A DNA stretch of 64,000 nucleotides, taken from the NCBI GenBank assembly GCA_016866305.1, contig VGMX01000014.1:2161-66160 (forward strand), written 5' to 3'. A program made the position numbers and the translations under genes. Below, piece after piece: positions 42,109 to 52,144 of the stretch (positions are counted from its first letter, which is position 1; every line of letters begins with the position of its first letter). The notes beneath the pieces were generated by a model, which was not told where the DNA came from, made no database searches, and saw nothing but the letters and a program-made list of their open reading frames with translations. The stretch is from Chlorobiota bacterium. GTDB taxonomy: Bacteria > Bacteroidota > Chlorobiia > Chlorobiales > Chlorobiaceae.

Positions 42109-42852
42109 ATGAAAACCATTGCGCTCTACAGTATCAAGGGAGGAGTCGGAAAAACCGCGGCTGCCGTCAATCTCTCCTATCTTGCCTCGAAAGATGCCGT
42201 ACCCACACTCATCTGCGACCTCGATCCGCAGGGAGCAAGTTCCTATTATTTCAGGATATCTGCACGGGAAAAATTCAACAGCACCAAGTTTCTGCAGGGC
42301 AGCAAAAAAATATTCCGCAACATCAAGGCGACGGACTTCGAACTGCTCGACCTGCTTCCCTCCGATTTCTCGTACCGAAACCTCGACCTTGAACTGCTCG
42401 AAGAGAAAAAGCCCCAGAAAAAGCTCAGAAAAAACATCGAAGAATTCCGTGAGGAGTACCGATATCTCTTTTTTGACTGCTCTCCGAATCTCACGCTGTT
42501 TTCCGAAACCATCTTTGCCGCTGCCGACATCATCCTCGTTCCGGTGATTCCAACCACGCTCTCGATACGCACCTACGAACAACTCAAGGCATTTTTCCTC
42601 GACAGCGGGCTTGACGTCTCGAAAATCCGGGCATTTTTCACCATGGTGGAAAAGCGCAAGTCAATGCACCGCGACATTATCGATGCCTACGCAAACATGC
42701 CCGATTTTCTGCAGGAATCGATTCCATACAACTCCGAAGTGGAGAAAATGGGCATCTACCGGGCTCCGCTCAATGCCGTCATGCCTTCGTCGGTTGCCGC
42801 AAAGGCATATCAGCGCCTGTGGGTGGAACTCGGCCTGAAAGCCCTTTCGTAA
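42109..42852 (+). CDS. Orphan ParA/MinD family ATPase
   Basis: Deviant Walker A KGGVGKT, CDLDPQG, DCSP; no parB in the window. Confidence 0.9.
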   Translation: MKTIALYSIKGGVGKTAAAVNLSYLASKDAVPTLICDLDPQGASSYYFRISAREKFNSTKFLQGSKKIFRNIKATDFELLDLLPSDFSYRNLDLELLEEKKPQKKLRKNIEEFREEYRYLFFDCSPNLTLFSETIFAAADIILVPVIPTTLSIRTYEQLKAFFLDSGLDVSKIRAFFTMVEKRKSMHRDIIDAYANMPDFLQESIPYNSEVEKMGIYRAPLNAVMPSSVAAKAYQRLWVELGLKALS

Positions 42853-42910
42853 AAAAAAGGCAGGCACCCGTCTCTTCCGGCATTCAGTAACCTCTTCAGC
42901 ACCTCTTTGT

Positions 42911-44314
42911 ATGAGCAAGGCAAAGGTCTCCTTTCAACCGGGTCGCAGCATCTTCGTCGGGATAGCGACAGCCGCGATTTTGCTGACCATCTCGTACTGC
43001 AATTTCCTGCGCCCTTCAAGAGATCTCGACGCCATCAAAAAATCGGGAAAACTCCGGGTCATCATGACCTGCGACCCCATCAACTACTTCATCTACAAGG
43101 GCGAGCCGATGGGGTACAGCTATGAGCTCGTCCGCAAGTTCTGCGGGCATCTCGGCGTGGAGATGGAAGTTGTGCTGGTCCGCGACCTGAACAACATGCT
43201 CTCGACCCTCAGGGCCGGAAAAGGAGACCTTGTAGCGCACAACCTCACCATTACCGGCACCAGAAAGCTCGAAGTCGACTTCTCCGATCCGATCAGCCAT
43301 ACCGAACAGGTGCTGGTTCAGAAAAAGGAGAGCGGACCGGGCCATGTCAGGAGCATTCGTGAACTCGACGGAAAAACCGTCCATGTCAGATCGGGCTCGG
43401 CCTACTACACCCGGCTGTGGCAGATCCGGAAAACCGAAGGCATCGACATCGACATTCTGAGCGTACCCGGATCGAAAAGCACCGGCCAGCTGATCAGGGA
43501 GGTCGCGACGGGAAACATTTCCTACACCGTGGCAGACAGGAACATTGCCGACGCACACCGGTCGCTCCATGCCGATCTCGACTTCGAAACTCCGGTCAGC
43601 GAAAAGCTGCCGATTGCCTGGGCGGTTCCGAAGCATACCTCGAAACTGCTCGGGAGACTCAATGCCTGGCTTGCCGATGCAAAGACAAAAACGTACGTCA
43701 ACATTCTCCAGCACAAGTATTACCAGCAGCAGTACACGTTCCGCAAACGCACCATCCATGCGTTTTATTCGGAAAAGGCCGGCGAAATCTCCTCGTATGA
43801 CCCTCTGGTTAAGAAATATGCGGCTGAAATCGGGTGGGACTGGCGGCTGCTTGCCTCCCTCCTCTATGAAGAATCGAACTTCGATCCCGAAGCGATCTCC
43901 TGGGCAGGCGCCACCGGACTCATGCAGCTCATGCCGGGCACCGCCCGCATGTTCGGCATCACCGATCTTTTCGACCCGGAAACCAACATCCGTGCAGGCA
44001 CCCTGTATCTCGACCGCCTGCAGAAAGAGTGGGCAGGCATAACCGATCCGGAAAACCGCATCAACTTCATTCTCGCCTCCTACAATGCCGGCCCGGGCCA
44101 TGTCCGCGACGCACAGCGGCTCGCCCGAAAATACGGAAGGGATCCGGGTGTATGGAAAGGAAGCGTGGAACGGTACATGGAGCTGAAATCGGATCCGTTC
44201 TATTATCGCGACGAGGTTGCCGAATATGGATACTGCAACGGCATCATGCCGGTCAACTATGCGCGCAGCATTCTCGGCAGGTATGCCCTCTACAGGGATG
44301 TCATTGCGCAATAG
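42911..44314 (+). CDS. mltF: MltF-like lytic transglycosylase (PBP domain plus SLT domain)
   Basis: PBPb N-terminal domain; EESNFDP, GATGLMQLMP, ASYNAG SLT motifs. Confidence 0.82.
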   Translation: MSKAKVSFQPGRSIFVGIATAAILLTISYCNFLRPSRDLDAIKKSGKLRVIMTCDPINYFIYKGEPMGYSYELVRKFCGHLGVEMEVVLVRDLNNMLSTLRAGKGDLVAHNLTITGTRKLEVDFSDPISHTEQVLVQKKESGPGHVRSIRELDGKTVHVRSGSAYYTRLWQIRKTEGIDIDILSVPGSKSTGQLIREVATGNISYTVADRNIADAHRSLHADLDFETPVSEKLPIAWAVPKHTSKLLGRLNAWLADAKTKTYVNILQHKYYQQQYTFRKRTIHAFYSEKAGEISSYDPLVKKYAAEIGWDWRLLASLLYEESNFDPEAISWAGATGLMQLMPGTARMFGITDLFDPETNIRAGTLYLDRLQKEWAGITDPENRINFILASYNAGPGHVRDAQRLARKYGRDPGVWKGSVERYMELKSDPFYYRDEVAEYGYCNGIMPVNYARSILGRYALYRDVIAQ

Positions 44315-44364
44315 CGGCCTTTCCGCAGAGCGATCTCTCCCCGGCGGAAAAGCTTCAGCGTCAG

Positions 44365-45189
44365 TCAGCCAGGCGCCCTGCCTGAAAGGGCGGCGGCAAA
44401 AGCACGGAATGCCACTGATGAAAAAGAGGCGTACCGTACCCGTGAGGAAAAATCACTGGCGGCACGGATTTTCCTGACGAGTACCCTGGCGACAATCTCG
44501 GGTTCTTCGGCGACTTTTTGCAAAAAGTCAACCGTTTCAGGTGCTGCATCCCTGAAAAGCAGCGCGGTTTTCACCAGTCCGGGGCTCAGTTCATGCACCC
44601 CTATAGCTCTTGTGCCCTTTGCCCGAAGCTCCTTTTGAAGCAAAGCCGTAACCGTTGCAACGGCGAGCTTCGAAGTCCGGTGCGGTACCGAAGTTCGTGA
44701 AAACCCTGCGCCAAACCATGAAAAACCCATATTGAAAATGTGGTAAACCGGACGCCGTGACGGAGGTTGCCGCAACATCAGGTTCACGGCTACGGCCGAA
44801 GCCATCATGGTTCCGGCAAGATTCGTTGCACAAACCTCGCAGATATCCTCACTTCCGAGCTCCCAGAGCGGGCGTTTCCGCAACCCTGCACTCCCGGCGT
44901 TGTTGATCCAGCGGTCAACCATACCGAGCTTGTCAAGCACAAAAGAGGAAAATCGCTCCAGATCGGAAGATTTCGATACATCGCACACCATCGAGTAAAG
45001 CACTCCCTCGGGAAATCGCCGCTGCAGTTCCTGCACGGCATACTCAAGACGGCGTCCGTCCCTTCCGCAAATCACCACCCGGTCTCCGGCTTCAAGAAAA
45101 CCCGCTGCAAGTGAGAAACCCAGGCCGGAACCGCCTCCAGTCACGACAATCCCATAACTCCGGACGTTACTGGAATCAGTCCTCTTCAC
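44365..45189 (-). CDS. SDR oxidoreductase resembling plant NOL/NYC1 chlorophyll b reductase
   Basis: TGGGSGLG, WINNAG, HIFNM, LSPGLVKTALL, AEEPEIVA; start placed at GTG 45189, overlapping the vanX stop. Confidence 0.75.
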   Translation of the reverse strand: MKRTDSSNVRSYGIVVTGGGSGLGFSLAAGFLEAGDRVVICGRDGRRLEYAVQELQRRFPEGVLYSMVCDVSKSSDLERFSSFVLDKLGMVDRWINNAGSAGLRKRPLWELGSEDICEVCATNLAGTMMASAVAVNLMLRQPPSRRPVYHIFNMGFSWFGAGFSRTSVPHRTSKLAVATVTALLQKELRAKGTRAIGVHELSPGLVKTALLFRDAAPETVDFLQKVAEEPEIVARVLVRKIRAASDFSSRVRYASFSSVAFRAFAAALSGRAPG

Positions 45190-45808
45190 AACCGCCTGTT
45201 TTTTCAAGGGGAAAATCCGAGACCGGGTACAACTCCCATCCCGAAGCATCGAAATGCCACCACTCGGGAGGAAAGGGCTCAAACCCTCCAGCCCTCATGA
45301 CGGTTTCAAGCAGCATGCTGTTGCGTTGCGCCTCGGGAGACGCCCCTTTCCAGCTTCTGGAAGCTTTCTCGGAAAAATCGTCATAGCCGGTTGGCATTTC
45401 GAGCGGCCTGCCGCTGCTGTCCGCAAGGCTGACATCAACGGCGGCGCCCCGGTTATGCCGCGATCCCTTGGCGGGATCGGCAACGTACCGTTCATCGGGA
45501 AGAATGGCCCAGAAGGCCTTCTGAACCGACACCGGACGGTAGCAATCGAATACGATCAGCAGGTACCCCATCCGGCGCAGGTTCTCCTGCACCTTCAGGA
45601 GCTTCATGGCAACATCCCGGCGAAGGAGACACCTTGGCGCAGGATAGACTTTCCTGCCGGTAAAATTATTGGTGGTCGCATAACGGATATCGAGTATGAT
45701 CGAAGAATCGTAATCCGCAATATCGGCAAGCACCATATCGAGTTCCCGTGCGAAACCGGAACTGAACGGCAGCAAAAACAGGAGAAAAAAAACGAACGCC
45801 TTCTTCAT
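45176..45808 (-). CDS. D-Ala-D-Ala dipeptidase (VanX/DdpX, M15D) with signal peptide
   Basis: DIRYAT.NNF, FDCYRP, SRHNRGAAVD, EWWHFD. Confidence 0.9.
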   Translation of the reverse strand: MKKAFVFFLLFLLPFSSGFARELDMVLADIADYDSSIILDIRYATTNNFTGRKVYPAPRCLLRRDVAMKLLKVQENLRRMGYLLIVFDCYRPVSVQKAFWAILPDERYVADPAKGSRHNRGAAVDVSLADSSGRPLEMPTGYDDFSEKASRSWKGASPEAQRNSMLLETVMRAGGFEPFPPEWWHFDASGWELYPVSDFPLEKTGGCEED

Positions 45809-45822
45809 AAGCCGGAAACAGG

Positions 45823-46443
45823 TTATTGCGGCATCTCTCCGCGTGACGGCTGCCAGTAACGGTAAAGCCCGGCAACGCTTTCCGGAATCATGTCCCGCCA
45901 CGCCTCACGCTCCTCGTCGTTCAGTTCCGGCATATTCTCATCGGTGCCGGAGAGCAGAAAAACCGGCGCAAGCAGCAACTGCTCGGCATTCTCCTCCTTT
46001 TCGTCACTTCCGAAAACCGGAAGCCATTCGTCCCAGCGCAGCTCCATGCCGATAATGAACCCCAGCGACCAGGCTTTCACAGCAAGCGCCTCCTCTTCCG
46101 GATCATCGAACATGCAACGGTCAAAGAGCGGTTCATACCCGTCAGGATCATCATCGAAGACGGAAACCACGGAATTCATGTACCTGATGACAAGGGAGGT
46201 GATGCGTGAGGCCTCTTCAGGAGAAGCAAACGAAAAAGCGCCTCCCCCTTCGACATCCATGACCATCGGCAGCCATTCATCCGGCATCACCAGAGACGGC
46301 CCGACTGCGAGTGAAGCAAGAAATCCGTCCAGCATGTCAAGCGTCATGGATTTGTCGTCGTGAGTATCCGAAAGAAGAAAATCTTCAAGCTCGTCGAGCT
46401 CTTCGCTTGAAAGCGGCAACATGAGATCGTCGGAGAGGTTCAT
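45823..46443 (-). CDS. UPF0149/YecA family protein
   Basis: LDGFLASLAVGP...WLP and WSLGFIIG motifs; highly acidic. Confidence 0.82.
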   Translation of the reverse strand: MNLSDDLMLPLSSEELDELEDFLLSDTHDDKSMTLDMLDGFLASLAVGPSLVMPDEWLPMVMDVEGGGAFSFASPEEASRITSLVIRYMNSVVSVFDDDPDGYEPLFDRCMFDDPEEEALAVKAWSLGFIIGMELRWDEWLPVFGSDEKEENAEQLLLAPVFLLSGTDENMPELNDEEREAWRDMIPESVAGLYRYWQPSRGEMPQ

Positions 46444-46815
46444 AAAAAAACAGTTGGCGGAAGTTGATTGTCTGCACGAAATCCGGAATGAAACTTCATG
46501 TTCAAAGGTAACGATATTTGGTGAAAACAGGAATAGCGAAACGGAAAAAGCCTTATAATGACATACGTTATACCTTTTTTTACCGTCTGCTTTCCCGTGA
46601 TGGGCAACAGTGGAAAACGGTGCATTTTTCCCGTTCCGGTTTGGATTTCATGTAAAAAAACAGCTAAATTAAAAGAATCTGGTGTCTACCGGCACGAGAG
46701 CAAAAAAATCCCGATTCATCATCGGGCTGCAAGGAAAAAGCAATACCGCGCATCCCGCCGTTTCAGGACGGAAAAACGGGAACGGTTTTCCCGAAGCCCT
46801 TAAAATGCTTAGCAT

Positions 46816-47427
46816 ATGCAGCAGAGAACACGCTTGTGCAGACCGCGCGCTGTTTCAGGAAATCGCCGTTTCCTGTCTGTTTTTGCTCTCCTCCTGGCCA
46901 TACTCACTTTTTCTTCCACCGCCGATACTTTTGCCAATCCCTCTTCCGGAAATACGGCGCTGCAGTCCGGACCTGAAAAACCGGCCTGCTCGATGAAGAA
47001 CTTTTTCAGCGATGTGAAACAGTTTTTCGGCATCAGGTACCGCTTCGGGGGGCAGAGCACGGAAGGGTTCGACTGCTCCGGTTTCGTGCGGTTCATGTAC
47101 GACCGGGTGTTCAGTACGAAACTGCCCCGCACCTCCATCGAAATGGCAAGTATCGGGCAGAAAGTCGAACGCAGCGAGCTCAAGCCCGGCGATCTGGTAT
47201 TTTTCCAGACCCGCGGCAACCGCATCAGCCATGTAGGCATCTTCGTCGGCAACGACACCTTCGTCCACTCCTCCGTCTCCAAAGGCATCACCGAAGACCG
47301 GCTCCAGCAGAAATACTACGACACGCGCTTCGCCGGAGCCGTACGGGTGCTCGACAACATCATCCCGGATTTCCCTTCGCTGCCCCTGCAGTCCGACAGG
47401 AACACAGAGGACAAGGAAGCTTCCTGA
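46816..47427 (+). CDS. NlpC/P60 (C40) peptidase
   Basis: YRFGG, GFDCSGF, LPRTS, PGDLVFF, HVGI, FVHS. Confidence 0.93.
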   Translation: MQQRTRLCRPRAVSGNRRFLSVFALLLAILTFSSTADTFANPSSGNTALQSGPEKPACSMKNFFSDVKQFFGIRYRFGGQSTEGFDCSGFVRFMYDRVFSTKLPRTSIEMASIGQKVERSELKPGDLVFFQTRGNRISHVGIFVGNDTFVHSSVSKGITEDRLQQKYYDTRFAGAVRVLDNIIPDFPSLPLQSDRNTEDKEAS

Positions 47428-47708
47428 GAGGTTACTCTGGAGCTTATCCTGACTTAAAAGCTTCATCAGGCAGGCTGTCGGCCTGCAATCCATGCCTGTA
47501 ACGATCATCCTTTCAAACACGCTGCCCGAAGAAACCCTGCACTTCATGGAGGGCGCGTTCGGATGCCCAGGAGGTACGGCAGTTCCTCTTGACGGGTAAT
47601 CCCGATTTCTGCCGGACGGAGTTCTGCGGAATGGTGGTTTCGAAAATGCCGCCAACGGGCGGGAGTTGCGGCATGGAATCCTGAATTGACTGACACCACC
47701 AGTGCTTC

Positions 47709-48488
47709 TTACCTGATGATGCCCTTCGCCTGCAAGGCTTCCCGCACCAGCTGCTTGCGAAGGGGCAGGTCGGCTTCGCCGAGAACATCCATGTTCAGGG
47801 CAAAGAACCAGACCTCATCATCTGTTTCGATATACCCGACATACCACCCGACCGGAGGTGTTGCCGATGCTGCCCACCCGGTTTTACCGTAGATCGTGAA
47901 GTCCGGTTTTTTTTCCGCAACCATGATCTCCCTGAGCGTTTCATATGAGAAGTCGCTGAACGGCAGCTTCCGCAGATAGAGCTTCCTGAGGAAATCCGCC
48001 TGCTCCGATGCGCTGATTTCCAGCGAGCCATCGAGCCAGAAAGTGTCCGCTTCGAACGGTTCACGCAGCTTGCCGAAACCGGTGCGCTTCAGGTAACTCC
48101 GGTATGTTGCGGCACCGACCTTCCGGGCAATCTCCTGATAGTACCAGACGCACGACACCCTGAAGGCGCTCTCGAGGGTCTGGTCACGGTTCCAGTCGGC
48201 AATGTCGTGTCGCTTGCCGTCCCATCTGAAAACGTGTTCCTTTCCCGTCACCGCCTTCTCCTCCAGCGCAACGAGGGTGTTGAGGATCTTGAATGTCGAT
48301 GCCACGGGAAAGCGACGGTTCGCCCGTTCGTCATGGTGCACGATTGTCCGTGCGCCCTTCAGCGACGAAAGCACCAGAGTTCCATCGACGCCTTTCCGGA
48401 TAAAGCACGACGCGATGCAGGCGTCTTCAGCCATTCCGGCTCGAGAAACCAGCAGGACAATAAAAGCAAGCACTATCGTTCGCATCAT
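47709..48488 (-). CDS. Class D (OXA-like) beta-lactamase / penicillin-binding transpeptidase-fold protein
   Basis: Signal peptide; PVASTFKI (SxxK), SCV (SxV), FWLDGSL, KTGW, FALNM. Confidence 0.87.
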   Translation of the reverse strand: MMRTIVLAFIVLLVSRAGMAEDACIASCFIRKGVDGTLVLSSLKGARTIVHHDERANRRFPVASTFKILNTLVALEEKAVTGKEHVFRWDGKRHDIADWNRDQTLESAFRVSCVWYYQEIARKVGAATYRSYLKRTGFGKLREPFEADTFWLDGSLEISASEQADFLRKLYLRKLPFSDFSYETLREIMVAEKKPDFTIYGKTGWAASATPPVGWYVGYIETDDEVWFFALNMDVLGEADLPLRKQLVREALQAKGIIR

Positions 48489-48724
48489 ATCACCCCGGCT
48501 CGCGACCCCTTTTTATGAAAAACGACGATGCCTTGTATGGCGCATTTATTCCGGAAAAGGAACTTTATCAGATAAAGTGATTGTTATCAATTCGATAACT
48601 TCTTTTCGGCTCTTCCTTTTTTATCCTTCAGTACCCGTTTTATCACATGCTGCCTGATGCGGCCCGGCGGCACCCGGTTATGCGGTTTTCAACACAACGG
48701 AAAAACATTCTTCAGGGAGACACC

Positions 48725-49180
48725 ATGACTGCAAATACAAGAGGACCGATTGAATTGCTCGATCAGATCTATACGATGGCTTTCTGGATGACCGGCTCCC
48801 TGACAAAGACCCATGATCTTGTTTACCGAACGTATCAGCATGTGGATTCCGACACATCGGAAGTCGAGCTGTTCAGAACATTCAGGAACCTGTGCAACAA
48901 CAGGCTTGATCTTGAAAACGGTCTTTCGAAACAGGGCACATCATCCGGCAATAAACAGAATGATGCGCTTGTCTCAGCCCTCCGTCAACAGGAAATGGAC
49001 AGCATATTCACGGCGTTGCTTTCCGATCTCTGCGGCCTGAAACACAGTTCCATTGCGATCATACTCGGCAAGCCGCTCGGCACAATACGCCTGTGGCTCT
49101 CCTCAGGACGAAGAGCCATTGCGAACGGTCTTCTTGCCATCCTGGCACTTGCTTGCGGAGAACCCGCATTTGTCTGCTGA
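48725..49180 (+). CDS. Short, degenerate ECF-type sigma-70 factor
   Basis: Region 2-like IYTMAFWMTG...DLV; region 4 HTH GLKHSSIAIILGKPLGTIRLWLSSGR. Confidence 0.6.
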   Translation: MTANTRGPIELLDQIYTMAFWMTGSLTKTHDLVYRTYQHVDSDTSEVELFRTFRNLCNNRLDLENGLSKQGTSSGNKQNDALVSALRQQEMDSIFTALLSDLCGLKHSSIAIILGKPLGTIRLWLSSGRRAIANGLLAILALACGEPAFVC

Positions 49181-49245
49181 AAAAAGCCTCACCATCGGTA
49201 CATCAAACCGACTGAAGATCCCTGCGACCCGGTGATTTACCGGTG

Positions 49246-51117
49246 TCATTCAGGCGGCAGATACCGCCCGAGGTGATCGAGAAATGGCTTCGCCTCGACG
49301 AATCCCACGATCCGGCTGCCCTGGATCTCCTTGCCCGAAGCGTTGAAAAAAATGATGGCGGGAGGACCGAAAATGGAGAACCGTTTCATCAGAGCCTTGT
49401 CTTCGGCCGTGTTCGAGGTAACGTCAACCTGCAGCAGGGTCATGGTTTCGAGCTGCTTCCGAACTGAAGGGTCGCTGAAGGTAAAGTGCTCCAGCTCCTT
49501 GCAGGAGACACACCAGTCGGCGTAGAAATCAAGCATGACCGGCTTTCCGGCTGAAGCCAGCGCACGGTCGAGCTCGGCCTCCGTGCGGATCCTGGTGAAC
49601 CGCACTCCCTCATCCGCACCGTTTTGGTCCTGGCCGGAAAATGCACGCAACCTCGAAAGCGGCTGCAAGGGATTGTCTCCGCCGGAAGCCGCTCCGGCAA
49701 GCTCCAGAATACCGATGAGGAGCAGCAGGATGCCGAGCGCCTTGCCGAAACGCAGCAGGACGGAGGGTTTTTCGGGCAGCATGTCGAATACGTGCAGAAA
49801 CACCGCCGAGAGAATGGAAAGAGCGCCCCAGAGCAGCAGCGCCAGAGGGCCTGGAATGACCGGAGAAACCATCCAGATGGCCACACCGATCAGCAGCAGA
49901 CCGAACAGGTATTTCACACCGTTCATCCACGCTCCGGATTTAGGAAGAAGGGTTCCGGCGGAGAGCCCAACCAGCAGCAGCGGAACACTCATGCCCATGG
50001 CCATGGAGAAAAGCGCAACGCCCCCGATCACAACGTCGCGGGTCTGGCTGATGTACACCAGCGTACCGGCAAGCGGTGCGGCCACGCAGGGGCCGACGAT
50101 CAGCGCCGAGAGAGACCCCATGAGGAACACTCCGGCGATCTGGCCGCCCTTGAGCCTGCCGCATGTCTTTGCTATGCCGCTCTGCATGATGCCGGGTATC
50201 TGCAGCTGGTAGACGTCGAACATCGAGAGCGCGAGCACGATCAGCAGAACAGCGAAAAGCGCAAGCACCCAGGGCTGCTGCAGCGCTCCGGCAAGGCCTT
50301 CTCCGGCCAGACCGGCGGCAACGCCCAGCAGGGTGTAGACAAGCGCCATGCCGAGGCTGTAGGCCAGGGAGAGCATGAAACTGCGACCTCTCTTGAAGCA
50401 GCCGTCGCCCACAATGATGGACGAAAGAATGGGAATCATGGGCAGAATGCAGGGCGTAAAAGAGAGCAGGAGGCCAAAAAGCAGGAATGCAACGCTTATT
50501 TTCCAGAGACTGCGGCTTTCGAGAGTCGATTGCGCCAGGGAATAATCATCACCCTTTCCGGTTTCCACGACAGCCGAAACGCTATCCCCGCCATCTTCCG
50601 TAACGTCAAAGCCTCCGAAACCGCCGGCCCGCGGATCTTCGGCAACCTCCAGTACTCCCGGTTTTGCCGGATCTACCGTCACTATACGCGTAAAGGGCGG
50701 ATAACAGAGCCCCTCCTCGGAGCACCCCTGATAGACGGCCCTGATGGTGAACGGCCCTGAGGCTTTGCTGAACGGTATCTCCAGCCGCAGGGAATCATGG
50801 TACACCACCGTGCGTTCGCCGGTAGACGGATCAGTGACCGTCTCCCCCGCCGGAAGGGGTGGAACCTGCAGTTCGGCATTGCCTTTCTCGAGGCTTACCT
50901 GCACCTGGTCGCCATAGAGCTTGTGCCCTTCAGCGATCTCCCACCGGAGCACCACCACAGGGGCGCTGCCAAGTTCCGCTTTCAATGTGAATGCCTTTTC
51001 CGGGTCGAGAAAGCCGGAGGCAAATACCGGATTGACAGAAAAGAAATGCAGGATGACAAGCGGTATGAATAACAGCGAACGGATCGGCTGAAAATATCTG
51101 GAACACATAACCGGCAT
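49246..51117 (-). CDS. dsbD: Thiol:disulfide interchange protein DsbD
   Basis: N-terminal YQGCSEEGLCYPP; TM TPCILPM and GPCVAAPL; C-terminal thioredoxin FYADWCVSCK. Confidence 0.94.
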   Translation of the reverse strand: MPVMCSRYFQPIRSLLFIPLVILHFFSVNPVFASGFLDPEKAFTLKAELGSAPVVVLRWEIAEGHKLYGDQVQVSLEKGNAELQVPPLPAGETVTDPSTGERTVVYHDSLRLEIPFSKASGPFTIRAVYQGCSEEGLCYPPFTRIVTVDPAKPGVLEVAEDPRAGGFGGFDVTEDGGDSVSAVVETGKGDDYSLAQSTLESRSLWKISVAFLLFGLLLSFTPCILPMIPILSSIIVGDGCFKRGRSFMLSLAYSLGMALVYTLLGVAAGLAGEGLAGALQQPWVLALFAVLLIVLALSMFDVYQLQIPGIMQSGIAKTCGRLKGGQIAGVFLMGSLSALIVGPCVAAPLAGTLVYISQTRDVVIGGVALFSMAMGMSVPLLLVGLSAGTLLPKSGAWMNGVKYLFGLLLIGVAIWMVSPVIPGPLALLLWGALSILSAVFLHVFDMLPEKPSVLLRFGKALGILLLLIGILELAGAASGGDNPLQPLSRLRAFSGQDQNGADEGVRFTRIRTEAELDRALASAGKPVMLDFYADWCVSCKELEHFTFSDPSVRKQLETMTLLQVDVTSNTAEDKALMKRFSIFGPPAIIFFNASGKEIQGSRIVGFVEAKPFLDHLGRYLPPE

Positions 51118-51316
51118 ATGGTGCAACTGTTTTTTGCCGCCCATGAGAAGAGCGGCCTTGAGAGCAACGGTCAAAACATCCTGCGGGCAGGGCCAAACCG
51201 GACACAGGCCGCCCGCTACTCAATGTATGGAGACGACCTGAAACAAGCAATACGGGCTTTGCCTCCCCTCCCCGAAAGAGGCGGCATGCGCGATCCCCAG
51301 CGGGAATGACGTGCGG

Positions 51317-51826
51317 TTACGGCAGGGCCGGCACGTCGGCCGGCTGCTCCTTGACCACGTTCGGCACGCCGACTGCACCGGTGTAGAACACCACGAGGCT
51401 TGCCTTTTCCTTTCCGGAATTGTAGCCATTATGCCCGGTGTTGACCACCTCGATAATGGCGTCACCCTTGCGGAACTCGAAGGTTTTTCCGTTCTCCATC
51501 TCGACGGCGAGCACGCCCTCGAGCATGTAGGCATACACCGGAACCGGATGCGAGTGCCACCCTGTCGATCCCCCCGGAGGCACATCGACCACAAGCACCG
51601 TCACTTCAGGATCGTCGGCGCGAAGGTACCGTATCCTGCTGCCGTCGCTCACCGTGGTCGAGGTCAGCACCTTCCTGACCGAAACATTACTGTACTCTTC
51701 TGCAAACAGAACGCGGGTCTGCAGTTGCATGAAAACAAACAAAACCAGACAAAGTTCGCCAAAAGCGAAAAGGAATACCGGGTGAGTACGGTTTCCGAAC
51801 ACCGCACCCTTGTGCTGTTTCATCAT
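51317..51826 (-). CDS. Cupin-domain protein with N-terminal hydrophobic segment
   Basis: PPGGSTGWHSHP...YMLEG...GD...E...GHNG cupin motifs. Confidence 0.82.
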   Translation of the reverse strand: MMKQHKGAVFGNRTHPVFLFAFGELCLVLFVFMQLQTRVLFAEEYSNVSVRKVLTSTTVSDGSRIRYLRADDPEVTVLVVDVPPGGSTGWHSHPVPVYAYMLEGVLAVEMENGKTFEFRKGDAIIEVVNTGHNGYNSGKEKASLVVFYTGAVGVPNVVKEQPADVPALP

Positions 51827-52144
51827 GGGGAATGAATGGTTGTATGCATAGGAAAAACAGCCCGTCAATACCGGCTGCATCAAGGGTTCAATGTACGTTT
51901 TTTCTCTCAATTGCATGCATTGGCGACCTTCGGCGGTTTCTTTTCCGAAGCCATCGAAGAAGTACGTTTTTTGTGTTTTTCCGGCAAAAACGCGTTCACT
52001 TTAGCGTCTGAAGTGATATATTGCCGGTGAAAGAGAATAACAGAATACTCTTTTTCAGTATCTCTGTATTGCCCCGAATCCGTGCTCTGTTTTTTTCTGT
52101 AACAGCAGTTCAAAACGGGTCCCCCCGAAGGAGGTATTTCCAGT

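Noticed and set aside
43016-44311. 431-aa antisense ORF
   Set aside because: Shadow of mltF on the opposite strand; no motifs.
46444-46815. Riboswitch in the long leader of the NlpC/P60 gene
   Set aside because: Several short hairpins but no recognisable c-di-AMP or c-di-GMP consensus.
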